From Chrysomallon squamiferum (taxonomy: Eukaryota > Animalia > Mollusca), in contig CM022671.1 in assembly GCA_012295275.1 (NCBI GenBank), forward strand, positions 9,052,001-9,116,000: a stretch of DNA of 64,000 nt. The letters run 5' to 3'. This document shows positions 13,355 to 25,600 of the stretch, one piece after another. Positions within the stretch are counted from its first letter, which is position 1. Each line of letters begins with the position of its first letter. The position numbers and the translations under genes are program-made. The notes beneath the pieces are model-generated. The model did no database searches and was not told where the DNA came from. It worked only from the letters and a program-made list of their open reading frames with translations.

Positions 13355-16300
13355 TGTTGTTGTTTTAAAAAAAAAAATTATTAGTTTTGATTTTGGTGGA
13401 AAGCCAGGTAAAAGATGCTCATGTGAAATACGTCACAAAAATGGTGAATTAGACTGGGCATAGGCCAATAATACTGATAGGGTATAAAACACTGATCTTC
13501 CTGTGTTTCCTTTGAGGTATAAAATACAGACCGCTTTAGGTATTTATTCTGCGACAGAGATACCCCTTGGTTTGTCAAAGAGCGTGCGTGGCTCAGACGT
13601 ACTTCACAACAGCTATTTTTTTTTCACTCACTCACAGTATTTATTATAATTATTTATTATTTATTTATTATCAGCATAATCAAATTAAGAACTAGGGCTT
13701 AAATTTCCTATATTGGAAGTCGACTTTTGTTTATGAAAAAACAAACATGTTAGTAGCAACATAAATACACGGCTTATTCTGACAAAACAACAACAACAAA
13801 AAAAAAAAAAAAAAAACCATTAATAAAACAGAAACAAAAAAACAACAACAACAACAATAATAACAGTTTTGCTTGGAGACTGACCTGAAATATGATAGGT
13901 CATATTATCATGTAAAAGGATTGTTTCCCTTTCGATTCAGAGCACTGGTTTGTGATACTGATAATCAGGCTGTTGTTTTGCCCCTCTGTTGATGTGCATA
14001 TATACAACTTATTGCTGTGTAATCACTAGAAATTCATTATTAAACAAAATAAGCAGCAACAATCAAATATACTGAGCTGTCATAAATATCCATGCCTTCA
14101 ATTTATTAAACAATATACTGAAAAAAAAATTTGGTTAATATTATGTGAGATACAACACTCATGAAAAACAAGAACCACCTCAGCATAATAGAATATATTT
14201 ATTTTTTAGGAAACAAATGTTTTTTGGGGTATTTGTTTTAACATAATTATTTGTATAACATTTAAAATTAAATGCATTAATCTGTATATTTACATAGATA
14301 ACAAATACAGAGATTACAAATGACCAAATATAAAAACATTTTTTTTCCTCTCTCTCTGAAAAGAAGCAAAATATTCAAAAACATAAACCAAACAACCAAT
14401 AACTCTGAAGTTTAACTTCTCATTTTAAAAATAAATAATTCAGAAAATATGCAGAAATAACTACAGACATATGAAACAAATTATTCATTCTTGGGCCACA
14501 GAAAATTGTGCTAATGTTAAAATTTTGATATTTAAATATGTGGTTACACAATGAAATATACTGAAAGCTTCTCTAGATGGTCAACTACAAAAGAGGATTT
14601 GTGCAAGTTTTACTGTTCATGCAGCATGAGGTATACACATTTATAAAAGAAAATTAATTATAATTCAAGTAAAGATAACTGTATTTTTGTATTACGAAAA
14701 TAAACTGATTTTATTTCTTTTGATTATAAAAAAAAAAATAATAATAATAAAATAAAAATATTTTTTAACATCTTTTGTTACGGATTTCTTTAAAAATAAC
14801 AAAATTTTCTGATGAAAAGTAACAAATATATTTAATTGGTAAACCCAACAATATACAATCAATATAATTTTTATGTCACATTTGAGAAAAAAATGCACCT
14901 TGTACAGGCTGAAAATTATAAATTTATCCACCAATATAAATTCCTTTTCTGTTGAGTTCTGAAGGATGGATGGCATTTTAGGATTAATAGGCTTTATTCC
15001 ATCATTATAAGTAAAACGAATGCTGGATGGCAAAATAAACCCAACATTAACGTGGTACCTTATCCACTGGGTTATTGGTTTTTATTCATTTATTTTTTTC
15101 CAGAACTAACATGCACATTATCTTCTGTTAGAAAACTTAAAAACAGTTAACCCTTTTCTTCTGTTACAATATTTTTGTTGAAAGAAATTTCCAATTAATA
15201 TTACCTTTGTTTATTACCAAGATAAACATTATTTAGTGTAACAAATTTTTTTTTATCTTACAGACTGAAAAATATCACAGTTTTAACTTAGTTATAATTT
15301 TAAAAAGTGAAAAAAAAAAAAAAAAAATGTTTTTTGGAATATTTAAAGATGTATTTTACTTTTATTTATTGATTTTACAATAAAAATACAGTATCTAGTT
15401 TAAAAAAAAAAAAAAGGGAAGAAAAGGACCTCGAAGAATAACTATTTATAATATAAACAAAATATTTTTTTCATCAACATATACATTTACATATAAAAAC
15501 TTAATTAAAAAAGAAATAGTGTTTCCCATTGTCCCATATTTATATACAAACTGTTTTAAAGATAACCAAAGTATGAAAACAAAAAAAAAAAAAACAACAG
15601 CAAATATTCCAACCTGATGAACAAACACTAATAAAAATAAGTAATAATAAAAAACAAAGACAAATATAAAGCATAAAAAAAAATAACGACAGAAAATCAA
15701 CAATACACAACCCAATTACCAACACATAATTATCAGAGCCAAATATTTATCTGACTCTGCATATCAATATTCAGCAAAACCTGTTTCTGAGCACATTCAG
15801 AATAAAACATTGTACACCCACTTCACCACATAATATAAAAAATGTTTTGCCAGTTTTGATTTTAAGTTTTTTAAGCATATAATCAAGAAAATGATAAATG
15901 TTGAATAATAGAACTGTTAAATAGAAATCTATTTTATTATCAGTGGCCCTTTTCCATTTGAAAAATTATTATTAATGTAAATTCTCAAAAATTCACAGAT
16001 TTTATTAACTGGGTACAGAAAATGGTTGTGAAATAAGCAAAAAGAAAAAACAAACATATTTTTTAAATCATCATAATATTTGAAACTACTTTCTTTTTAC
16101 ATTCAAAATAAGTATAACTTAAATCTCCACAATATATTATTTCTTAAAAACTATTGATTTAAGTGTAACATTCAGTTGTAGGAAAATAATTACTGTATTT
16201 ATAAATTTAAAATATAAAACAAATAACAACTAATAGCACTTTAGTAATTGCCTACATTAAAAAAAAAGTCTACCTTTCCATTTAACAAAACAGTTGATGT

Positions 16301-17138
16301 AACATACCTAAAAGTCATAAAGATAAACAAATTTTCATCGTAAGAAACTTAAAATAATTTTTAAGCCAAACTAATATTTATTATTATTATTTTTAAATAA
16401 TAAAAATAAAGATATCATTTATTTTATTTACAAGTTTTATAAGATTTCACTCACTGAAACTGAAACAAATTTTTTAAAAAACATTATAATTTTTAATAAC
16501 ATAAGCATTTTTGTACTTGTTAAATAATTTTGCTAATGCTTATTACTAAAAATGTAAAATGGTTACAGATCATCTGAAAATTAAATAAAATAAATAAATA
16601 AAAAAAATTTAAATTTAAAAATTAAATACTTAAATAATATAAAAGATGAAAAGTACCATAAAGAAAATATTACTGATTAAAGAATGACTGGCATTTTTGT
16701 TTTGCTCTTTGGCATTAAGAAAATAAAAAACTAATTATGAACAGTACTTTAATGTCTCCCATTATTTAAAACCAAACTGTAATAATTTCCACATATACTC
16801 CAGTACCAACAGAATATATAACATCACTTCAGATCCTTTAATGAATACTGATATTCTGAAATTATTTCCATATAAGAAAATAATAAAAAGTGGTCCCAGC
16901 TTTGCACACTGATATTTAAAATATATTAATTTTTATATATAGTTTTGTAAAAATGAAAAATATAATTATTAAAAAAAAAAGAAAAAAAAAAGAAGAAGCA
17001 AAAAAAACTTTTTTTTTTTCAAACCCTAGAAAACACCAGGTTGAAAAATTAAGGATTTCACGAACAGCAGTGGTATAAAAATGTTTGTGGTATGTCTTTG
17101 ACTGTTTGCGCAGTGAGAATAACATAAATAAATCTTGT

Positions 17139-20100
17139 CTAAAAGACTAGAAGAGTGGTGAATCTGTAAATTCTGTAACAACCCCACGACACAATCCCCA
17201 GCACACTGGCTCGAAACATCCATCGAACTATTTTAGATAACAACGAGGGACCTGGAACTCTGCAATGAGAGAGAAATATGTCTTTATATTATATCAGAAA
17301 GAGTTGATTTTTTTGTTTTTATTAATTCCATTATTGAAATAATTTGATTAAAGTGCTTGACAATTAAACTTGTAATTTTAAACATGCACTGAATTGTTTT
17401 CACTTGAAGTAAACAGTCTCCATATACTTACACCATGATGTCTTCAATACTTTGTTCTTTGGACCAGTTTGCAACAATACCAGGAACGTGGCCAATGCCA
17501 ACCACACCAACAACAACAGAAGGAATGAAACCTGGAAGGTAAATATTATGTTTGATGTACTTTATTTCAAACATATTAGCAGGTTAAAACAAAAGTAGTA
17601 AACATTCCAGTATAAGACTGTTACAACATCTGTTTCTATCAAAAGGTATTAAATGATAATAAATGTTATTTTCCAGTTTAGAGTTCTCTGGTTGATAAGC
17701 ACAAACATTATGATTTTTCATTAGACTGAAACACCAGTATATGATCAGTAATGAAATATTATTATTCAAATAGGAATGAATCATTTTATTAACATATTTG
17801 AAATTATGTAAGTGCCCATTATAAATATTTCATTTTTTTCCCCATTATAAAATATTTTTTATTTCAATGTAATTATGAAAGTGAATATTGTGGTAATTTG
17901 TATTCTCTCATAATTTTATTGTTATTTTTACCATTCTTAATATTTTAATTTATTTTTACTTTTTTATATATTTTTTTATGCTATGGATATAATTTAAGTG
18001 CAGAAAGAATTAAGAACATAAAATTTCCAGGAATAATAATTAATTTGGATAGTAGGTAAAAGAATGCTATTGTTTGGTTTAACATGACAAAACACTATGC
18101 AGTCATGTGCTTTCTTTTTTACAAAACCTCTCTAAAAAATACCACTTTCCTCAAAAACAGGAGCAATAAACTACTTTAGAGAAAAAATTAGCAGTTAACA
18201 TATTTTTTTAAAGATAAAATTAATAACTTCCACAAACCTTCTGGTACCTCAGAACAAGGTATAGGACGAGCTGCAACTTTTAGTGAATGTGCTAAATATA
18301 TATCTCGTTCATCAACAAACACATGACTAAGGGCAGGGAACTCTCCAGTCATTTCTTTCAACATGGCTTCCAACAAATCACGTTGCTTGCACTTTTCAAC
18401 ATCCTCTTTGCTGAAAAGTATGAAAAGGAGAATAAATAAAAAAATTATTTAAAATTGTATGTATTCTTTTGTTTTAACATTTAAATTAAAACATGAAAAA
18501 TGAACCTAATGAATTGCAGTGAAAGCAAACATTTTTAAAAACCAGTTTATGTAAGGTTTTGAAAAAAATATAACACCTATCATTGATACAACATCCCAAC
18601 AACTATATCACTATATACATCCCAACAACTGTAACCATTCATTAAAAGGATTTTTTTTAAAATTTTGATTAAAAAAATACCTAATAGGATCTTTTGATGT
18701 AATGAGGTACCACCCTAATCTTAATTTCTGCCACCATGACAAAGCTGCTAATGCCCTTTTCAGAGTTATCTGGATTGGTCGGTCACCTAACTGCAAACGG
18801 CAACCAGGAACAAGACGAGCCTAAAAAATTAACTGAATTTTATTTATTTATTCTTTCCAATGTACGTGTAAAAAAAATAAATAAAAATTAAAAAATTAAA
18901 GAAAGAAAGACAAAAAAACTAAATCAGTCATCATTGAATGTGGTAATTTTGGGGTCTTTTATTTCAACATTCTGCACTCTTTTATTGTTATTATTTGCTG
19001 TTACCAAAGACTTTAAGTGCAAATGAACAATAACACTGAAATCTACTTAAACAAATTCACCCAGTAAAAGCATAGTCCTAGTAATTGATAATTTAGAAAA
19101 ATAAAGATTTTTGGGTAGTGCTGACCTCAAAAACAGTTATTGAAATGGTATTTATCTGCAGTGGTTTCATTTTAGATACTATATTTTCAAGAGATTTTCT
19201 TTCACATAGCATGCTGTATTAATACCAAATGTTTCCTAAAAACAACAAACCTCTTGAAATGCCCTTCTAAATTCACCTCCAGGTGCCATGCCTAGTTCCT
19301 TAGTAAGATGAGCTGACATTGACAGTAATAACAAATGCATTACACCTTGAATAACCCCACTCTGAAAATTAAAACAATATTAATAAGTGTAAACCATATT
19401 ATTAAACTATGATAAGCTAAAATAAATAACAATATTTTAAAATAAAGAACCATAATTAAACTAAAACACAGAATTGGAAATACAAATTTATAGCAACAGG
19501 CATAATTTCAAGACAACATGTGTTTTTTCCAACATTAAAATTTATATTTATGTAATTCAAAAAAATATACATATTATTTGCAAATATCTTAAGTTTTTGT
19601 TTTTATTTAGCTTCATATATCATTATACTTTTGTAAAAGTAAAACCTTTTACTATTTTTTTTTTTTAAAGATTTCTTCAGAATGTTTGCATATATCGTTG
19701 GTGAAATTGTATAATTAAAAATAATAAATAAATAATAGCAAACCTGTTTTATTGCCATTCTGATTTTATCAAAGTTGATATTTTTGGCTTCCTCTAAAAG
19801 TGTTGATTCATCCAGCTCCAGTATATTGATTCTACTTTTACATAACTCGACCATAACAAAGTCTGGCTGTACTGCACGGATTATCTGAATTTTAAGACAT
19901 AGTTTAGATCAAATGTAAAACTGTTCTTCAAACTTGTAAAAAAACCACAAAAAAAACATTCTTTTCCAAAAAAAAATTAAAAATTAAAAGAATTAAAAAT
20001 GAATACATAGATTGTCACTGAAACTGAAATTACATATCTGGTGACAAGGTAATATTAAATAATTTGTTTTTAATATCAACATTTAGAATGTTCCTTAATC

Positions 20101-21076
20101 AAAATCAGTTACCTTTGCAACATCTTCCTGACTCTCAAGACTGAAGTGAGCTGTTCCCACCAGGTACACCTTCCCACCTGTGGATGCATTTAGGACTGTA
20201 ACAGTTTCTGGAAGGACTGGATTGGAATCTCGCCTACGGATAGGAAATGACAGTTCAATGTTGTCTTCTACATCAGATTCATCTCCACTCTCATCATCTC
20301 CAACATCTTGAAAAAAAAATACAAACCAAAATAATCATAATATGGATGTTATTTCATATCAAACTATCATAAGAAATAATTGAATCTGTAGAAATCAAAA
20401 ATCAGTGCAATGTTACAAATTAAGCAATAATTTATGCTATTTATAATTCAAAATGTTAATTACCATCATCGGAATACAGTTCCTCTAATTCCAAATTACC
20501 AACATCAACATTCAGTGCTGATGTCACATCCTTTGGCAAGATGTCTGGAGCTGAATAGTTTGTATTTTTATTTTGTATGTTTTCAGACATGTCACTGATT
20601 ATTTTTAAATCTTTTCTTTGATCACTTTCTTCTGCTGCATCCTCTTTAGAAATATCATTTCCTGTTGCCGACAGTTTATTGTGATCTAGAACATCATTTG
20701 CTGTCACATTTGTTGCATTATTTCCACTTAAATCTGAAATATGTATTGTTTTAACACACACACATGCAAAAACACAAACATATTTATATGCACAAATAAT
20801 CTTGGTATTTTAAAAAATAAAAACAGATTTTAAAATTATTTTTTAACAAACTGATGTTAGTTATTATATATAAATTATTCCATTAAGATGTTTTAGTAAT
20901 GTTGGTTCAGGAACACACTTGTGTAACTAAACCCCTTTCTATGCTAAAAGAAATCAAATTCATAAAATGGAACAATACTACTACTAATAATAATTTAAAA
21001 AAAAAGAAATTAAAAAAATATTTCATTTAAAAAACAAAAATAAATAAATTAATTAATTAATAAATTTACCTGCCAT
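17139..21076 (-). CDS. TRABD: TraB domain-containing protein, 9 coding exons
   Basis: Approximate exons: 21076-21070, 20733-20464, 20306-20114, 19884-19745, 19361-19252, 18821-18681, 18411-18238, 17531-17431, 17258-17139. Motifs VYLVGTAHFSLESQEDV, QPDFVMVELC, LGMAPGGEFRRA, LGDRPIQITLKRA, VFVDERDIYLA, VVGVVGIGHVPGI and a C-terminal hydrophobic anchor. Confidence 0.93.
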
Positions 21077-21589
21077 ATTGCCTTTAAATAAAACATATGT
21101 TAAACCAAATATCCGATCATTGTACAGCCTCTATTCCTTCTATTCTTCTTCTTTTTAAAAAAAAATATTAACCAGATAAAATCATACACCTATTTTTGTA
21201 TTTCCCAGAAATGAATAGTAAATTAAAAGAACAAAATCCTTTAAAATATTGGGGATTTATTATTGTATTAACTCTTCTTTTTTTTTGTATCGTTGTACTT
21301 ATCACCTAGTGCAGCTAACATGATATAACATGTAAATATAATGGCAGATGATACAGGTAATTAATTACAACAGTGTAGCAGCTGTTGCATGTACCAGACC
21401 AGTCCACTACTGTTGTGTTCATATGCTGGGAAAGTCCTGGTCCGATTTATCATTTACCATATGCAGAAAAGCAGGTGGAAAAAATTATATTAAATACTAA
21501 TTCAATTATATATTTTTTCAAGAAATGATGTAGTATGTGACAATCGTTATGGTTATAAATAAATTCGCATCAGAATTAATGAAATAAGG

Positions 21590-21880
21590 TAACTTTACCA
21601 AGAACGGGCACCTGATGAGACATACTTTCGTTCACTTCCTGTGTACACACTTTTCTGTGACGTCGTCTACATCAGTTTGTAACTAAAACATATTCTTAGG
21701 CTGCTATTATTATTTTTATTAAAAACATTATTTGATCTAAATCAAAAATATATTAGTTTACGACATAAATCCACATGCATCTTCGTACTGATAATATTGT
21801 TCCTTGTTTAAATTTGTACTGTATAATTGGACGTTGCGAGAGATACAAGAGACTCAAAATGAATGACGTATTACGCATGT
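21590..21880. promoter_or_regulatory. Putative bidirectional promoter (TRABD / LRR-ARH gene)
   Basis: CpG-richer patch between head-to-head genes, with ETS CACTTCCTG (~21633), CRE-like TGACGTCG (~21658) and a minus-strand donor (gtaaag) near 21598. Confidence 0.5.
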
Positions 21881-22693
21881 CGTCGTGGACTGTCAATAAT
21901 TAAGTTCGTACACTGATCCATTAATACGCCTTGTAATTTAGTGTTGTCAAAAATGCATCTGTAGATGTTAACGTTTTTATATTTTAACATTTTACTGTCG
22001 CTATTGCATAAGTAATATAATGTGATGGATGTCATTAAACAAGGTGCATGCAATTATATGTGTCGTGTTCATGTTAACAGTTATTAGAGTTAATAATAAT
22101 AGTTTAATATTAGTTAAGCATTGACTTCGCGATAAAAACATTTTCTCATGCATATCGCTGATGTAATATGATATTATTTTTTTGGCATGTTATAGCTAGT
22201 ATTGTCAGGTATGTCAAGTAAAATAATTTAACAGTCATCCTAGCTAAATTATTGTACCTTTTAAAATATCATTTATTATTATTTTTGTCGGATCACTCAT
22301 TTGAAATATTAATTATAATTATTGGCATAGTTAATTTTCTGAATTTATAAAACTGACAAATTTAGTGACAAAATTTATATTGTAATTTGCTAAATTACGA
22401 ATAATGTTATCGTGTATTATTATGTTAAATGGGAATTTTCAGGAATGAAAATTCTGACTGACTTTGATGAATTCAGTCATTAACTGATACATATAATTCA
22501 AAATATCTTTTTCAACCATATATATTAATATTTTGAAATAGTAATGCAATTAAGAATAATTCATGTATGAAATAATTTCATTATATTTTAATGTTTTATT
22601 CTTTTAAACTTTTTTAGATTAACACTTTTCTCAAATAGACTTAAACAATTAAATAAAACTTGATGTGAAATCCAACTGAATTTCTATGAAACA

Positions 22694-25600
22694 ATGGGCA
22701 ATATAGAAGTGCACGATTTTGCTCCAGTCCATGATTATGAAAGGAAAGAACTGAACCTCAGTAAAAAGATGACTTACAAACAGTACCTAAAGGTATGAAG
22801 ATTTAATAAGTTACCACCTTTTTCTTGGTTAATTTATATTAATTTATAATTTTTCTAAGACTAAATTTTCTGTTTCAGTTATGTATAAATTTATAAATAA
22901 TTTTGAATTATATGATTTAGTTTGACCACATAATACTCGTTTTTTATCTTTAAAGAATATGTTGAAACTGTAACATTTACATAATTTTAATTTCCTTTTG
23001 AAAAACTAAATCACCATCTCTTTTGTTTTGATAATGATATAACTATAGTTAGCTTTTGAAAAGATCAGCAATCATGGTTACAGAGAAAAAAATATATATG
23101 TTATAAAAACTAATTCATTTTTTTAAATTTCCAGCACTTGAATGGTGAAGCACATGAATCAATGCTAACAGAATTACCATGGAGTATTCGAGATTCAATC
23201 TGCTTATATGAAAGGATGAATGTTTCCTTTAACGCAATCACAGAACTTCCAGCAGTACTTCCACTCAGACTACCCCATCTCTCTCACCTCGACATCAGCC
23301 ATAACCGGTTGACAGAGCTTCCTGAAAGCTTTGGCTTGCTTTTTCATCTGAGAACTATTTACTTGAGTCACAACAAGCTCAAGGCACTGCCCCAGTCTTT
23401 CGTTCATCTTGTGAAACTAGAAAAAATAGACTTATCTCACAACATCTTGCGGGAATTGCTGGAGGATTTTGGAGAAATGGAAAATCTTTCTAAGCTGAAT
23501 GTTTCTAATAATAAATTGAAGGCACTTCCTCTGTCTCTTGGCAACTGCTCCACATTGACGTTACTGTTGGCTGTGTGCAACAAACTCGACTCTCCACCTC
23601 AGGCTATATGTAATGAAGGATCTGAAGCCACTATTGAATTTCTGAAAAAAATGTACATATCTTCTTCAGCAAGAGATTTCCCCAGACCTGTCACACCACT
23701 AAACGACTTTCCTAGAGTGAAAGGTTTTCAGCTGCATAGTTCTGTAGCAAATCCACATTCTGCACATGTGCAGTATATACAAGAACAGACACATACAACA
23801 AACACACCCAGCAGAATCAAAACACCATTGTTACCTCCCCTTGGTGCATCTTCTCTTGATTCTTTTGAATTGAGAGACAGGATTGTAGGTGAATTTTTAA
23901 ATTATTGTTTCTAGATCAACAAAGAAAAGAATAATTTATTAACCACTGAAGTTTTATGTTCTTTAAATGGTATATAATAATGTTATTCAGTCTATCAGAT
24001 GGAGATCTATAAATTGTTGTCATTATAAATAAGTAAAAATATATATATATATATAGTTTGACTTCAAAAATTTTGTGGTATTATCTTTATTTATGATTAG
24101 GTTTTATAATATCTTGCTTGATTTTATTAATATATTACATGTTTTAGGAATGATTTATGGTGCTGCCATTGGTGATGCTATTGGTATAGCAACTCGGTGG
24201 ATGTCCCCAGATGAATGTAACTTCTACTACAGTCATGAAAATATTGACTATGCTGAGATTGTTCAGGATGAACACAGAGTGAGATGGAGAAAAGGAGACT
24301 GGACTGGAAATTTTGATTTATTTGTAAGCCACTTTTAGTGTTGAAATGTCAGTGAATGACTGTGTTTGTTTAATTATATCTGAACATATTTTAATTGTGG
24401 CATCATACTACAATAATCTATGTGGCTGAACTCTGTGAACTCCAATGGTTGTAATGATAAACAGCTTAGTCCTGGTTCCAAAATGCCAAAAAGCACAATA
24501 CTGCACATGAATTTATTCAGTATGAAAAACTGAGCTGTTAAATTGAATAGAAGAAGTTGTCTACCTCGCTGTTTCGTCTTTTTAGCAGCCATTAGGATAT
24601 TTCTGTCTGAATATATGTGACTGCTTTAGAGGTCAAACAGGTTCTAAGAGTTAATTTTAATACTTCAAGCTAACATGGCAAAGTTTCACATGTTTATTGT
24701 TGTATAAGAGTTCTCGCATTATGCATATTCAAAGATAATGATTAATAATTTCTTTTTTTGTTGTTAATTGGCTAGATATAATGATTAGTTTATTGTTTGT
24801 TTGTTTATTAATACATTATCACATTAGATAGATAATATCCAGGCAAAAATGACTATAAATCTCAAAGTACATTCAAGTAGAAAAATCTTCTGATAATTAT
24901 TAATTTTTTATTTTATAACATTTTGTTTGTTATTTTATCACATTTTTTTATTGCATTATTTTTTTTAACCAATAAATGATTGGCATTATATTTTTATTTT
25001 TTATAATTATAAGTAGTTGCATTTTGATAATTTATAAAGGATTTCAGTTTCATTAATATAAATTAGTAAAGGTTTTGGTTTAAATTTTTTGTTTAAATTT
25101 TTTCTTAAATAGATGTTAGTGTTTGAGTCTATCACATCTTGGGGTGGTGTTGTGGATGAATTGGACTTTGCTAAGAAATTGGTGAACTGGTCGAAAAATG
25201 GCTTTCCAGAACTTGGTGATTCAGAAGGTGTGGTTCTTAGTGAAACAATACAGCAGGTATACTGTTGAAGTGAAATTTAATTTTTTAAATTAAATTTCAG
25301 TAATCAAGAATGAATCTGAAGTAAAATATTTTTATTTTATTTTATTTTTTATTATTTATAATTTATTATTATTATTGTTATTGTTATTATTATTATTTTT
25401 TTTTTTTTTTTTGACTGACTGACAGTGAAATGATTGTAAATTTATCTTGTATTTTTTTTTTTTTTTTTTAATTATTATTATTTTTTTTTTGTAAATGTCT
25501 TCATTTCAGATTTTAACAAAACCAAAATTCACACAAGATCCACACAGTGTAGCTGCAGATCTGTTACAGTCTCTGAAATCAACAACACCTTCACACATAT

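Noticed and set aside
13600-17130. Hydrophobic ORFs in 3.5 kb of A-rich sequence
   Set aside because: Low-complexity F/L/I/K composition; more consistent with the TRABD 3'UTR or intergenic DNA.
22694-22720. N-myristoylation signal (MGNIEV) on LRR-ARH
   Set aside because: Gly2 is present but position 6 is Val rather than Ser/Thr; too weak to call.
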